A stretch of 64,000 nt of DNA. Source: an uncultured Defluviitaleaceae bacterium (GTDB taxonomy: Bacteria > Bacillota > Clostridia > Lachnospirales > WRBF01). Below are positions 19,140 to 29,028 of this stretch, in pieces. The stretch is from NCBI GenBank assembly GCA_964533945.1, contig CAZHPA010000001.1, positions 59,455 to 123,454 of the forward strand, in the 5' to 3' direction. The notes beneath the pieces were generated by a model. That model was not told the DNA's origin, searched no databases, and saw only the letters and a program-made list of their open reading frames with translations. Every line of letters begins with the position of its first letter. Position 1 is the first letter of the stretch. A program made the position numbers and the translations under genes.

Positions 19140-19152
19140 AGTTTTTAACCTA

Positions 19153-19182
19153 TTGACTAAGTTGCGTATAAAGGTGTATAAT
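19153..19182 (+). promoter_or_regulatory. promoter candidate for the serC operon
   Basis: TTGACT, 18 nt spacer, TATAAT with an upstream TG. Confidence 0.5.
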
Positions 19183-19242
19183 TTTTTTTGGTACAATGTT
19201 TGACAATTAAGGTAAAAAAATGAGTGGAGGGTTTTACAAATT

Positions 19243-20328
19243 ATGGAAAGAGTATATAATTTTTCTGCCGGTCCTGCGGCAATTCCGTTGCCTGTTTTGG
19301 AAAAGGCGCAAAAACAATTGGTTTGCTATGAAAATGCCGGAATGTCTGTTATGGAAATGAGCCATCGCTCTAAAGCGTTTACTGAAATTATAGAAGAATC
19401 GGAAGCTTTGCTGCGTGAAATAATGAATATTCCGCAAAACTATAAAGTTTTGTTTTTACAAGGCGGCGCAAGCTTGCAATTTGCAATGGTACCCCTTAAT
19501 TTATTTAAAAATAAAAAAGCAGACTATGTTAACACAGGTAATTGGTCAACTGCTGCAATTAAAGAAGCTAAACGGTTTGGTAATGTTAATGTTGTTGCTT
19601 CTTCTGAAGATGAAAAATTCAACTATATACCAGAACTTGACAAAAGCAAATTTGATAAAGATGCAGATTATTTCCACTATACTATAAACAATACAATTTA
19701 CGGAACAAGATTTACGTTTTATCCCGAAACAAACGGTGTGCCGCTAGTTACAGATATGTCAAGCAGCATATTGTCAGAAGTTTATGATATTAGCAAATTT
19801 GGCATAATATATGCAGGAGCGCAAAAAAATATTGGCCCTGCCGGTTTAACCGTTGTTATTATACGTGAAGATTTAATAGGAAATGCAGCGAATGATGTTC
19901 CTATAATGTTAAACTATAAAACCCATTCCGACAAAGTGTCGCTTTATAACACACCGCCAACTTTTGGTATTTATATGGCAAAGCTTGTTTTTGAATGGAT
20001 AAAAGAACAAGGCGGCGTTGCCGAAATACAAAAACTGAATGAGGAAAAAGCAAGAATTATATATGAAGCAATCGACGAATCTAAAATATTTAAAGCACAC
20101 GTCCAAAATCCAAAACACCGCTCAATTATGAACATTCCTTTCTTCTCAGGCGATGCAGATGTTGATGCAAAATTTTTAAAGCTTTGCACGGAAAACGGGC
20201 TTGTTAACTTAAAAGGCTACAGAACAATAGGTGGTATTAGAGCAAGTATTTATAATGCCGTTCCACTTGAAGGCTGCAAGCTTTTAGTAGAATGCATTAA
20301 AAAGTTTGAAACGGAAGGGGTTATATAA
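19243..20328 (+). CDS. serC: phosphoserine aminotransferase
   Basis: MERVYNFSAGPAAIPLPVLEKAQ is a typical SerC N-terminus; 361 aa. Confidence 0.92.
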   Translation: MERVYNFSAGPAAIPLPVLEKAQKQLVCYENAGMSVMEMSHRSKAFTEIIEESEALLREIMNIPQNYKVLFLQGGASLQFAMVPLNLFKNKKADYVNTGNWSTAAIKEAKRFGNVNVVASSEDEKFNYIPELDKSKFDKDADYFHYTINNTIYGTRFTFYPETNGVPLVTDMSSSILSEVYDISKFGIIYAGAQKNIGPAGLTVVIIREDLIGNAANDVPIMLNYKTHSDKVSLYNTPPTFGIYMAKLVFEWIKEQGGVAEIQKLNEEKARIIYEAIDESKIFKAHVQNPKHRSIMNIPFFSGDADVDAKFLKLCTENGLVNLKGYRTIGGIRASIYNAVPLEGCKLLVECIKKFETEGVI

Positions 20329-21467
20329 TGTATAAAGTTTTAACATTAAACAAAATTTCTAAAGCAGGGCTTTCTAATTTAGCTGAAGACAAATACGAAA
20401 TTTGCGAAACTTTAAGTTCATGCGAAAACCCAGATGGCGTATTGTTAAGAAGTTTTAACATGCATGAAATGGAACTTCCGAAAAGCCTTTTAGCCGTTGG
20501 ACGTGCCGGAGCAGGCGTTAATAACATTCCAATTGAAAAATGCTCAGAAAAAGGAATTGTTGTTTTCAATACACCGGGTGCTAATGCTAATGCCGTTAAA
20601 GAACTTGTTGTTTGTGCATTACTTCTTTCTTCAAGAAAAGTTGTTGATGGAATTAACTGGTCGCAATCTTTAAACGGGCAACAAGGCGTTGCAAAATTAG
20701 TTGAAGGCGGCAAAAGTTCATTTGTTGGCCCTGAAATTGCCGACAAAAAATTGGGTGTTGTAGGGCTTGGTGCTATAGGAATTTTAGTTGCAAACGCTGC
20801 TATGGCTTTAGGAATGGAAGTTTACGGCTACGACCCATTTTTGCCTAAAAACGAAACCCACAAGTTCAATCGTTGTGAATCTCTTGATGAAGTTTATGCA
20901 AATTCCGATTACATTACGCTTCATGTTCCATCAACCGCAAATACTAAAAATATGGTTAATGCCGACACAATAGCTAAAATGAAGAAAGGCGTTCGCATAA
21001 TTAATTTATCAAGAGGCGATTTAGTTGATAACGGCGCAATTAAAGCTGCGCTTGAAGCCGAAACTGTTTCGTGCTACGTTACAGATTTCCCAACAGAAGA
21101 TTTGCTTTGTGTTAAAAACATTATAACAATTCCACACTTAGGCGCTTCAACTCCAGAATCGGAAGAAAATTGCGCTAAAATGGCAGCAAAACAATTAAGA
21201 GAATATTTAGAATTTGGAAGTATTAAAAATTCCGTAAACTTTCCAAATTGTGAATTAGGCGAAATTAAAGGCAACCGCATATGCGTTTTGTATAAAAATA
21301 CAGAAGGCATTGAAAATGCTTTATCAAAAATCGTTTCCGAAAAGTCTCAATTTTCAAATGTTAAAGGCGATTATGGCTATGTTGTATTTGATGTTGCAAA
21401 TGCTTCTGAAAATATGGCTTCCGAAATAGAAAAAGTTGACGGTGTTATTTTAGTTAGAATTATTTAG
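20328..21467 (+). CDS. serA: D-3-phosphoglycerate dehydrogenase (2-hydroxyacid DH + C-terminal ACT-like domain)
   Basis: GVVGLGAIG NAD fold and HLGASTPESEEN. Start overlaps the serC stop. Confidence 0.85.
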   Translation: MYKVLTLNKISKAGLSNLAEDKYEICETLSSCENPDGVLLRSFNMHEMELPKSLLAVGRAGAGVNNIPIEKCSEKGIVVFNTPGANANAVKELVVCALLLSSRKVVDGINWSQSLNGQQGVAKLVEGGKSSFVGPEIADKKLGVVGLGAIGILVANAAMALGMEVYGYDPFLPKNETHKFNRCESLDEVYANSDYITLHVPSTANTKNMVNADTIAKMKKGVRIINLSRGDLVDNGAIKAALEAETVSCYVTDFPTEDLLCVKNIITIPHLGASTPESEENCAKMAAKQLREYLEFGSIKNSVNFPNCELGEIKGNRICVLYKNTEGIENALSKIVSEKSQFSNVKGDYGYVVFDVANASENMASEIEKVDGVILVRII

Positions 21468-21490
21468 CATATAATAGGAGATGCTCCGAA

Positions 21491-22726
21491 ATGTCAATTG
21501 TAAAACCTTTTAAAGCAGTTCGCCCAAGCGAACAGCTTGCAAGCTATGTTGCATCGCTTCCATACGACGTTATAAATAGCGATGAAGCTAGAGAAATTGT
21601 TAAAGGCAACCCATATTCATTTTTGCATGTTGCAAAAGCAGAAGTTGATTTAGATAAAACTGTTGACTTATATGATGCAAAAGTTTACGAAACAGCTAAA
21701 GCCAACTTAAATCAAATGATTAAAGACAAAGTTCTTTTTCAAGATAGCAAACCATGCTTTTATATTTATAGGCTAACGTTAAACGGAAGAACGCAAACAG
21801 GACTTGTTGCTTGTGCAAGCGTTGACGAGTATTTAAGTGGAAAAATTAAAAAGCACGAGTTAACAAGAGCCGATAAAGAAGAAGACAGAATCCGCCACGT
21901 TAATGTTTGCAATGCAAATACAGGCCCTGTTTTTTTAACGTATCGTGCTAAAGCTGAAGTAGATGAGCTTATTAACAACCATATTAGTAACAACAGCGCA
22001 ATATATGACTTTGTTGCAGATGATAAAATTAGACATGAAGCTTGGATTGTTGAAGACGATAATGTAGTTAACCAAATTCAACAATTATTTGAAACTATAC
22101 CAAATTTATATATTGCAGACGGACATCATAGAAATGCTTCGGCTGTTAAAGTTGCGCTTATGCGCCGAGAAGGCGGAAGCTATGATGAAAACGCTGAATT
22201 TAACTTTTATTTAAGCGTTATTTTCCCTGATAATCAGCTATTTATTATGGATTACAACAGATTAGTTAAAGATTTAAATGGTTTAAGCGAACAAGAATTT
22301 TTAAATAAAGTATCTGAAAACTTTGTTATTGAAAGCTCTGAAGATGGAAAACCCGAAAAATTGCACACATTTGGAATGTATTTAAATAAAAAGTGGCATA
22401 TACTTACAGCAAAACCTGAAATTATTTCAGAAGATGTTATAGAAGCGCTTGATGTTTCAATACTTCAAAAATATGTTTTAAATCCGCTTTTAGGAATAGA
22501 AGACCCAAGAACAAGCAAACGCATTGACTTTGTAGGCGGAATGAGGGGGCTTTGTGAACTTGAAAAAAGGGTTAATTCCCGCGAAATGAAAGTTGCGTTT
22601 TCAATGTTTCCAACTTCAATGAACGAATTACTTTCAGTTGCAGATGCAGGCGAAATTATGCCGCCTAAATCAACGTGGTTTGAACCTAAATTACGTTCGG
22701 GGCTATTTGTTCACTTGCTGGATTAA
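21491..22726 (+). CDS. DUF1015 domain-containing protein
   Basis: MSIVKPFKAVRPSEQLASYVASLPYDV...YIADGHHR is the characteristic DUF1015 sequence. Confidence 0.8.
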   Translation: MSIVKPFKAVRPSEQLASYVASLPYDVINSDEAREIVKGNPYSFLHVAKAEVDLDKTVDLYDAKVYETAKANLNQMIKDKVLFQDSKPCFYIYRLTLNGRTQTGLVACASVDEYLSGKIKKHELTRADKEEDRIRHVNVCNANTGPVFLTYRAKAEVDELINNHISNNSAIYDFVADDKIRHEAWIVEDDNVVNQIQQLFETIPNLYIADGHHRNASAVKVALMRREGGSYDENAEFNFYLSVIFPDNQLFIMDYNRLVKDLNGLSEQEFLNKVSENFVIESSEDGKPEKLHTFGMYLNKKWHILTAKPEIISEDVIEALDVSILQKYVLNPLLGIEDPRTSKRIDFVGGMRGLCELEKRVNSREMKVAFSMFPTSMNELLSVADAGEIMPPKSTWFEPKLRSGLFVHLLD

Positions 22727-22865
22727 TAATATTGGCTGCTGCAAACTTATGTTTTACGGCACAAAAATTTTTATGCTTGAATAATTTTTAACATTTTCCC
22801 TAATAATATTATAGAAAACATTTTGAATTTAGCTAGAGTTTATTATATATAAAGGAGTGTTAAAA

Positions 22866-23030
22866 ATGGATAGATTAACTATGGGCATGATTGCTGGAGG
22901 ACTTTTAGGTATTGCAGGAGCCGGAATTTCCCTTGCGTTAAGCGATAGAAATTCTAGAAACCAAATTATGCGCAGCACAAAACAAATTGCAAGAAAGGCT
23001 TCTAATATGATGCCTAATATGATGCAATAA
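22866..23030 (+). CDS. small (54 aa) single-TM hypothetical protein, below the ORF-track size cutoff
   Basis: AAAGGAG lies 8 nt before the ATG. Translation MDRLTMGMIAGGLLGIAGAGISLALSDRNSRNQIMRSTKQIARKASNMMPNMMQ. A GC hairpin follows. Confidence 0.5.
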   Translation: MDRLTMGMIAGGLLGIAGAGISLALSDRNSRNQIMRSTKQIARKASNMMPNMMQ

Positions 23031-23053
23031 TTTTAATATTTTTAAAAAAAAAT

Positions 23054-23072
23054 GGACGCACTGTGTGCGTCC
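23054..23072. terminator. GC-rich hairpin after the small ORF
   Basis: GGACGCAC-tgt-GTGCGTCC. An A8 tract lies upstream, so the U-tail would be on the minus strand; there is no T tract downstream. Confidence 0.4.
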
Positions 23073-23121
23073 TCTACATATAATGTTTGTATCTTGATTA
23101 ACCATAAAGGGTCGTGTTATT

Positions 23122-24123
23122 ATGAAAATATTAGTTACAGGCGGTGCAAGTTTTGTCGGCAGTGCAGTATGTTCAGCGCTCATTGACCATGGTTACTCAG
23201 TTGTTATATTAGATATGGTTAATGAGGAAAATTGTAATTTTGTTAAAGATAAAACGTTTTACAATGGCGAAATTAGCGATAGTAACTTAATTAAAGAAAT
23301 ATTTCATAACCACAGCGACATCGAATTTACTATTCATTGTGCAGAAAAAGTTGCCGTCGAACAATCCGTAACAAATCCATATGAATATTATCACGACAAT
23401 GTTGTAAATAGCATGGAACTTTTTAAACTTGTCTATGATTTAGGCTGCAAAAAAATTATATTTAATTCATCAGGAGCAGTTTATGATGTTGTCCCTGGTT
23501 ATATGGTGACAGAAACGTCACCTGTTAACCCAAGAAGTCCTTTTGCAAGAAGCAAATTAATGACAGAAATGATTTTAAAAGACTATTGTAATGCATATGA
23601 TTTAAAATGTATTTCCCTTAGAAGCTTTAATTCCGTTGGAGCAGACCCAAAAATTCGCTTTGGAATGCAAACCAAAAGCCGCTATAATTTAATTGGCAAG
23701 CTTTTGCAAGTTGCCTACGACTACAATCAGTCTTTTAAAATTGCCGGCAAAGATTGGGGAACAAGAGACGGAACTTGCATTAGAGATTATGTTCATGTTT
23801 GGGACGTTGCCATGGCGTTTGTTAAAGCCGTTAAAAATTTTGATACTGCTTTTAAAAAAGCCGAAACTCAAATTAAAGATAAAGGGCATTTAACAATTAA
23901 TGTTGGTTCTGGAGTTGGCGTAACAGTTAAAGAATTTATTTTTGCTTTTGAAAATGTTACAGGAGAAAAAATTAAAGTAACTTATGACGAACACAGAGCA
24001 GGTGATGTTGCCGGCTCTTATGCCAACATTACCCGTGCAAAAAGCTTAATTGATTGGACAACAAAATTCACATTGGAAGAGGCAATACTTGATGCTATTC
24101 GCTGGGAAGAAACAAAAGACTAA
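23122..24123 (+). CDS. NAD-dependent epimerase/dehydratase, GalE-like, with atypical active-site motif
   Basis: Extended-SDR fold (MKILVTGGASFVGS...NSSGAVYD). The segment aligning to GalE SPYGKSK reads SPFARSK. Confidence 0.75.
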   Translation: MKILVTGGASFVGSAVCSALIDHGYSVVILDMVNEENCNFVKDKTFYNGEISDSNLIKEIFHNHSDIEFTIHCAEKVAVEQSVTNPYEYYHDNVVNSMELFKLVYDLGCKKIIFNSSGAVYDVVPGYMVTETSPVNPRSPFARSKLMTEMILKDYCNAYDLKCISLRSFNSVGADPKIRFGMQTKSRYNLIGKLLQVAYDYNQSFKIAGKDWGTRDGTCIRDYVHVWDVAMAFVKAVKNFDTAFKKAETQIKDKGHLTINVGSGVGVTVKEFIFAFENVTGEKIKVTYDEHRAGDVAGSYANITRAKSLIDWTTKFTLEEAILDAIRWEETKD

Positions 24124-24172
24124 TTTAATTATAATTAGCCTAAAAATTTTTTGAATAATTTTAATAAAAATA

Positions 24173-24201
24173 TTGACTATATTTAGCTTTTTGTGTATAA
24201 T
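24173..24201 (+). promoter_or_regulatory. sigma-A promoter (extended -10), ~260 nt upstream of rpsU
   Basis: TTGACT, 17 nt spacer, TATAAT preceded by TGTG. Confidence 0.6.
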
Positions 24202-24460
24202 AATTTAGTAGTGCTATTAATTTACTACTTGCAATATGCACAAAAACAAGTTAAATTAATAGATTAAAGCTTTAAAAGCTTTATTAAAGCCTTTGTATAT
24301 TATGCTGCTTTTTCTTTTTAAAGCACAAAATAAACAAAGAATCCAGCCGCTCTAGCCTGTTTAAAATTAAAATAGGCTTGGGGATAATATTAGTGCGATA
24401 ACATGGACCTAGCTTCCGTGTGTTGGCAAAAAAATGCGATAACCGGAGGGAGGGAAATTC

Positions 24461-24637
24461 ATGTCAGAGGTAAAAGTTAAAGAAAATGAATCCTTGGATA
24501 GCGCACTCCGTCGCTTTAAAAGAAGCTGTGCTAAAGCCGGTATTATGGGCGAAGTTCGCAAAAGAGAACATTACGACAAGCCTAGCGTTAAGCGCAAGAA
24601 AAAATCTGAGGCTGCAAGAAAACGTAAGTTCTTTTAG
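24461..24637 (+). CDS. rpsU: 30S ribosomal protein S21, below the ORF-track size cutoff
   Basis: [71 protein letters not shown]. Confidence 0.92.
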   Translation: MSEVKVKENESLDSALRRFKRSCAKAGIMGEVRKREHYDKPSVKRKKKSEAARKRKFF

Positions 24638-24667
24638 TTTTCATATATTGCTTTGAATAAACAAAAA

Positions 24668-24687
24668 GGCGGTTTTACCGCCTTTTT
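24668..24687 (+). terminator. intrinsic terminator of rpsU
   Basis: GGCGGT-ttt-ACCGCC followed by TTTTT. Confidence 0.8.
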
Positions 24688-24798
24688 GTTGTGTAAAAAA
24701 ATATTAAATTGTTGTTGACACGGCTTTCAAAAAGTGATAATGTATATATAAATAAAACCAACTTACTTGGTTTAATCATCGTGGCGAGGTGATATATT

Positions 24799-25248
24799 TT
24801 GAAAATATCAACTAGAGGACGATATGGGTTGCGTGCTATGGTAGACTTGGCTATACAAAACGACAAGCAAGGCGAAAAATGCATTTCGCTAAAATCCATT
24901 GCTAAAAGGCAGCATATTTCAGAACACTACCTTGAACAATTAATTGCCTCTCTTAAAAAAGCGGGGCTTGTTAGAAGTATTAGAGGGGCAGGCGGCGGAT
25001 ATAATTTAAATTGCAATCCAAAAGAAGTATCTGTTTTGTATATTTTAACAATTCTTGAAGGCTCGCTATACCCTGTCGAATGCGTTTCAAAAAATGAAAG
25101 CGACGTTTGCGGCGGCGGTGGCTGCCATAATTGCGTTACAAAACCTATATGGGAAAAACTGTACGAAGGTCTTAATAACATTTTAGATGGCATTACACTT
25201 TACGATTTAGTTAACGATTATAAGCAATTAGAATATTTTGAAACATAA
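24799..25248 (+). CDS. iscR: Rrf2-family transcriptional regulator (IscR-like)
   Basis: TTG start after GAGGTGA. MKISTRGRYGLRAMVDLA winged helix and a Cys cluster VCGGGGCHNC. Lies upstream of nifS/nifU. Confidence 0.85.
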   Translation: MKISTRGRYGLRAMVDLAIQNDKQGEKCISLKSIAKRQHISEHYLEQLIASLKKAGLVRSIRGAGGGYNLNCNPKEVSVLYILTILEGSLYPVECVSKNESDVCGGGGCHNCVTKPIWEKLYEGLNNILDGITLYDLVNDYKQLEYFET

Positions 25249-25260
25249 GGAGCTGAAGTT

Positions 25261-26409
25261 ATGGTATATTTAGATAATGCAGCAACAACTCAAGTTAGAA
25301 AAGAAGTTTTAGATGCAATGCTTCCGTTTCTTTCTGAAAATTTCGGCAACCCTTCAAGCATATATGAAGTTGCACGCCTTTCAAAAAAAAGCGTCGAAGA
25401 TTCAAGAGAGCTTATTGCAAACGCTATAGGAGCACAACCGAATGAAATTTTTTTCACAGGAAGCGGTACAGAATCCGACAATTGGGCTATTAAAGGCATT
25501 GCAAGCGCAAACTTAAAAAAAGGAAATCATATTATAACAACGCAAATTGAACACCATGCCGTGCTTCACACTTGCGAATTTTTAGCTAAAAACGGATATG
25601 AAGTAACATATTTGCCTGTTGATGAATTTGGAATTATTGATTTAAACGAGCTTAAAAAAGCTATTAAACCCCAAACAACATTAATTTCTGTTATGTTTGC
25701 AAATAATGAAATAGGCACAATACAACCTATTAATGAAATAGGGGAAATTGCAAAAGAACATGGAATTTTATTTCATACAGATGCCGTTCAAGCCATAGCT
25801 CATGTTAAAATTAACGTTAAAGATTTAAATGTTGATGCAATGTCTTTAACTGCACATAAACTTTATGGGCCAAAAGGAATTGGGGCGTTGTATGTTAAAA
25901 AAGGAACTAAAATAAATCAGCTTATGCACGGCGGAGGGCAAGAAAACGGAAGACGTGCAGGAACGGAAAACGTTGCCGGCATAGTTGGATTTGGTGCCGC
26001 AATTAAGCTTGCAACTGAAGAAATGGAACAGGAAAGCAAACGCTTGCTTGCTTTGCGTAACAAGCTAATTAACGGTATTTTAAGTACAATACCAAATTCA
26101 AGACTTAACGGACACCCTGAAAAAAGACTTTGTTCAAACGTAAATATTTCTTTCGATTTCATAGAAGGCGAATCACTTTTAATGCTTCTTGATATGAAAA
26201 AAATATTCGCTTCAAGCGGCTCTGCTTGCACATCGGGTTCGTTAGACCCTTCCCATGTTCTGCTTGCAATTGGGCTTAAACATGAAAATGCCCACGGCTC
26301 GTTAAGGTTAACTCTTGGAAGAAACAGCACAGAAGCAGATGTTGATTATGTTATTGAAACATTACCGCCGCTTGTTAAAAGGCTAAGAGATATGTCACCG
26401 TTATGTTGA
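25261..26409 (+). CDS. nifS: cysteine desulfurase (NifS/IscS type)
   Basis: PLP lysine motif SLTAHKLYGPKG and active-site loop SSGSACTSGS. Confidence 0.9.
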   Translation: MVYLDNAATTQVRKEVLDAMLPFLSENFGNPSSIYEVARLSKKSVEDSRELIANAIGAQPNEIFFTGSGTESDNWAIKGIASANLKKGNHIITTQIEHHAVLHTCEFLAKNGYEVTYLPVDEFGIIDLNELKKAIKPQTTLISVMFANNEIGTIQPINEIGEIAKEHGILFHTDAVQAIAHVKINVKDLNVDAMSLTAHKLYGPKGIGALYVKKGTKINQLMHGGGQENGRRAGTENVAGIVGFGAAIKLATEEMEQESKRLLALRNKLINGILSTIPNSRLNGHPEKRLCSNVNISFDFIEGESLLMLLDMKKIFASSGSACTSGSLDPSHVLLAIGLKHENAHGSLRLTLGRNSTEADVDYVIETLPPLVKRLRDMSPLC

Positions 26410-26438
26410 ATTTTATATAAACAAAGGAGGAAATTAAA

Positions 26439-26876
26439 ATGTACAGCGAAAAAGTAATGGACCACTTTATGAACCCACGAAACGTTGGTGAAATTGAAGA
26501 TGCAAGCGGTATCGGAACTGTTGGAAATGCAAAGTGCGGCGATATAATGAAAGTTTCTTTGAAAATAGAAGATGGCATTGTGCTTGATGCAAAATTTAAA
26601 ACGTTTGGTTGTGGTGCAGCTGTTGCAACTAGCAGCATGGCGACAGAATTGGTTAAAGGCAGAACTATTGAGGAAGCAATAAAAATTAGCAATAAAGCCG
26701 TTATGGAAGCGTTAGACGGCTTACCACCCGTTAAAGTTCACTGTTCATGCCTTGCAGAAGAAGCACTTCATGCTGCACTTTGGGACTATGCCAAAAAAAA
26801 CGGCATTGTAATTGAAGGTTTAAATCCTCCTTCAGAATCAGATTTTCACGATTTTGAAGCAAATGATTCGCTATGA
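26439..26876 (+). CDS. nifU: Fe-S cluster assembly scaffold (NifU N-terminal/IscU type)
   Basis: GNAKCGD, FGCGAAVATSS and HCSCLAEEAL carry the three scaffold cysteines. Confidence 0.9.
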   Translation: MYSEKVMDHFMNPRNVGEIEDASGIGTVGNAKCGDIMKVSLKIEDGIVLDAKFKTFGCGAAVATSSMATELVKGRTIEEAIKISNKAVMEALDGLPPVKVHCSCLAEEALHAALWDYAKKNGIVIEGLNPPSESDFHDFEANDSL

Positions 26877-27964
26877 GAAAAAAAGTAGTAGTTGGTATGT
26901 CGGGCGGCGTTGATAGTTCTGTCGCCGCCTATTTATTAAAACAGCAAGGCTATGATGTTATAGGTATAACAATGAACGTATGGCAAGGGCTTTCAGAATC
27001 GGAAAGTGAATGCGATATTCAAAACGGCTGTTGCGGCGTTTTTGCCGTTTCTGATGCAAGACGAGTATGCGAAATGCTTGACATTCCACATTATGTTCTT
27101 AATTTTAAAGATATTTTTAAGCAAAAAGTTGTTGAATATTTTGCAAATGAATATTTAAAAGGGCTAACGCCTAACCCTTGCATTGCCTGTAACCGATATA
27201 TTAAATGGGAAACACTGCTTAGCAAAGCAATGCAGCTTGGAGCAGACTATATTGCAACAGGGCATTATGCAACCGTAGCTTTTAATGAGCAAACAGGGAG
27301 ATTTTTTTTAAAAAAATCTGTAGCCGCTAATAAAGACCAAACATACGCTTTATATAGCTTAACGCAAGAGCAATTAAAGCATACTTTAATGCCCGTTGGA
27401 GCATACACTAAAGAAGAAGTTAGAAACATTGCAAAAGACATTGGGCTTAAAGTTGCAAATAAACCGGATAGCCAAGAAATTTGCTTTGTTCCAAACGGAG
27501 AATACGGAGATTTTATTAAAAAATATAAAAATATAAATGTTTCAGAAGGAAATTTTATAGATATAAACGATAATGTTTTAGGAAAACATAAAGGAATTAT
27601 ATATTATACAGTAGGACAGCGCAAAAAATTAGGCGAATGGTTTGGAAAGCGTATGTATGTTAAAAAGATTAATATTTTAGATAATACCGTTACACTTTCT
27701 GATAATGATGCACTATTTGAAAATGAGCTGTTTGCAAACGATATAAATTTAATGTATGTTGATAAAATAAATAATCCAATTGCAGCAAAAGTAAAAATAC
27801 GTTATAATCAAAAGGCAACAGATTGTATTATTTCAATAAAAAATAATATAGCACATTGCAAATTTACGCAACCCCAACGTGCAATAACTCCGGGGCAAGC
27901 CGTTGTTTTTTATGATTTAAATGACATTATTTGCATTGGCGGCGGAACTATTATTAGTAGTTAA
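26873..27964 (+). CDS. mnmA: tRNA 2-thiouridine(34) synthase
   Basis: VVVGMSGGVDSSVAAYLL PP-loop and NPCIACNRYIKW. Confidence 0.92.
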   Translation: MRKKVVVGMSGGVDSSVAAYLLKQQGYDVIGITMNVWQGLSESESECDIQNGCCGVFAVSDARRVCEMLDIPHYVLNFKDIFKQKVVEYFANEYLKGLTPNPCIACNRYIKWETLLSKAMQLGADYIATGHYATVAFNEQTGRFFLKKSVAANKDQTYALYSLTQEQLKHTLMPVGAYTKEEVRNIAKDIGLKVANKPDSQEICFVPNGEYGDFIKKYKNINVSEGNFIDINDNVLGKHKGIIYYTVGQRKKLGEWFGKRMYVKKINILDNTVTLSDNDALFENELFANDINLMYVDKINNPIAAKVKIRYNQKATDCIISIKNNIAHCKFTQPQRAITPGQAVVFYDLNDIICIGGGTIISS

Positions 27965-28157
27965 TTAACCTATAGAATTAATAAATAAATATCTATATAT
28001 GCCTTTTTGCTTGCTTTAAATATAAGCCAAATAAGCGCAAAATGGCTTTATATGTCGAAAAAACGACTATTTACACTATATGAAAAGGTATATTTTTTGC
28101 GTGACAATATTGACAATATTATTATATGCAAGTATTATTATACTAGCGTAATTTTTT

Positions 28158-28925
28158 GTGGTTTGGTGTGATAGGAGAATGAAAAATAGATTATTTAATA
28201 CTTTGCTTTTCGTTTCCTTCGTTGTCGTGGTTTTGTTTGTAGCTTTTTCATCGCCTTTTTTTTCAATCGTTAATATGGAAATATATGGAAATAAATTACT
28301 ATCAGAACAATATATTAAGCAAACTGCTAGCACGAACAATTCCACAAATATTTTCGCTTTTAACAGAGGAACTGCAAAGAAAAATTTATTAAAAAATAAT
28401 TATGTTGACGGCATAGAAATTAAAAAGGACTACTTTGCAAAAAAAATTACATTAACAATACATGAACGAATTTTAAGCGGCTATATAGAACATAGTAGCG
28501 GTTCATTTGTTTATATTGACGAAAACGGGAGAGTTTTAGAAGTTAATTCATATTACACAGAAAAGCTGCCTATAGTCGTTGGGTTAAAACTTTCGGAAAT
28601 TACAGTTGGAGAAGTTCTTAATGTTAGCAATACCGTGTGCTTTGGAAGCCTTGTTGTTTTGGCACGACTTTTTAATAAATATGGTTTAGAGTCGGATGTA
28701 ATAAAAGTTGATGTTTCAGATGAAAACAATATTCATCTGTTTATTAACAATATTAATATTGAATTTGGCGACATTAAAGATGCCGACCAAAAAATACGCA
28801 CAATTATAGAAATAGTTAAAAAACTTAAAGAAGAAATATTTCAAAGTCTTGGAGACGAAAATATTGGAGGGTTTTTAGATATAAAGGACATAACGAAACC
28901 GGCAAGATTCAGGCCACTAACTTAA
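28158..28925 (+). CDS. ftsQ: cell division protein FtsQ/DivIB (start uncertain: GTG 28158 or ATG 28179)
   Basis: N-terminal TM then a POTRA-like region (ISIVNMEIYGNKLLSEQYIKQ). Lies upstream of ftsZ. Confidence 0.7.
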   Translation: MVWCDRRMKNRLFNTLLFVSFVVVVLFVAFSSPFFSIVNMEIYGNKLLSEQYIKQTASTNNSTNIFAFNRGTAKKNLLKNNYVDGIEIKKDYFAKKITLTIHERILSGYIEHSSGSFVYIDENGRVLEVNSYYTEKLPIVVGLKLSEITVGEVLNVSNTVCFGSLVVLARLFNKYGLESDVIKVDVSDENNIHLFINNINIEFGDIKDADQKIRTIIEIVKKLKEEIFQSLGDENIGGFLDIKDITKPARFRPLT

Positions 28926-29028
28926 TTAAAAAAGTTGATACTGAAACATACATATACATATAAACAAACAATAAGGCTTTCATTTTTAGCAGAGCTTGAT
29001 AATATTTTTGAAAAAGGAGGTAGTTGCG

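Noticed and set aside
22938-23183. 81-aa minus-strand ORF
   Set aside because: It overlaps the start of the galE-like gene and the terminator hairpin and has no RBS. The plus-strand 54-aa ORF (22866-23030), with a good RBS, explains the region better.
28076-28345. 89-aa minus-strand ORF overlapping the ftsQ start region
   Set aside because: It is antisense to the ftsQ 5' end and promoter region, has low-complexity sequence and lacks an RBS.
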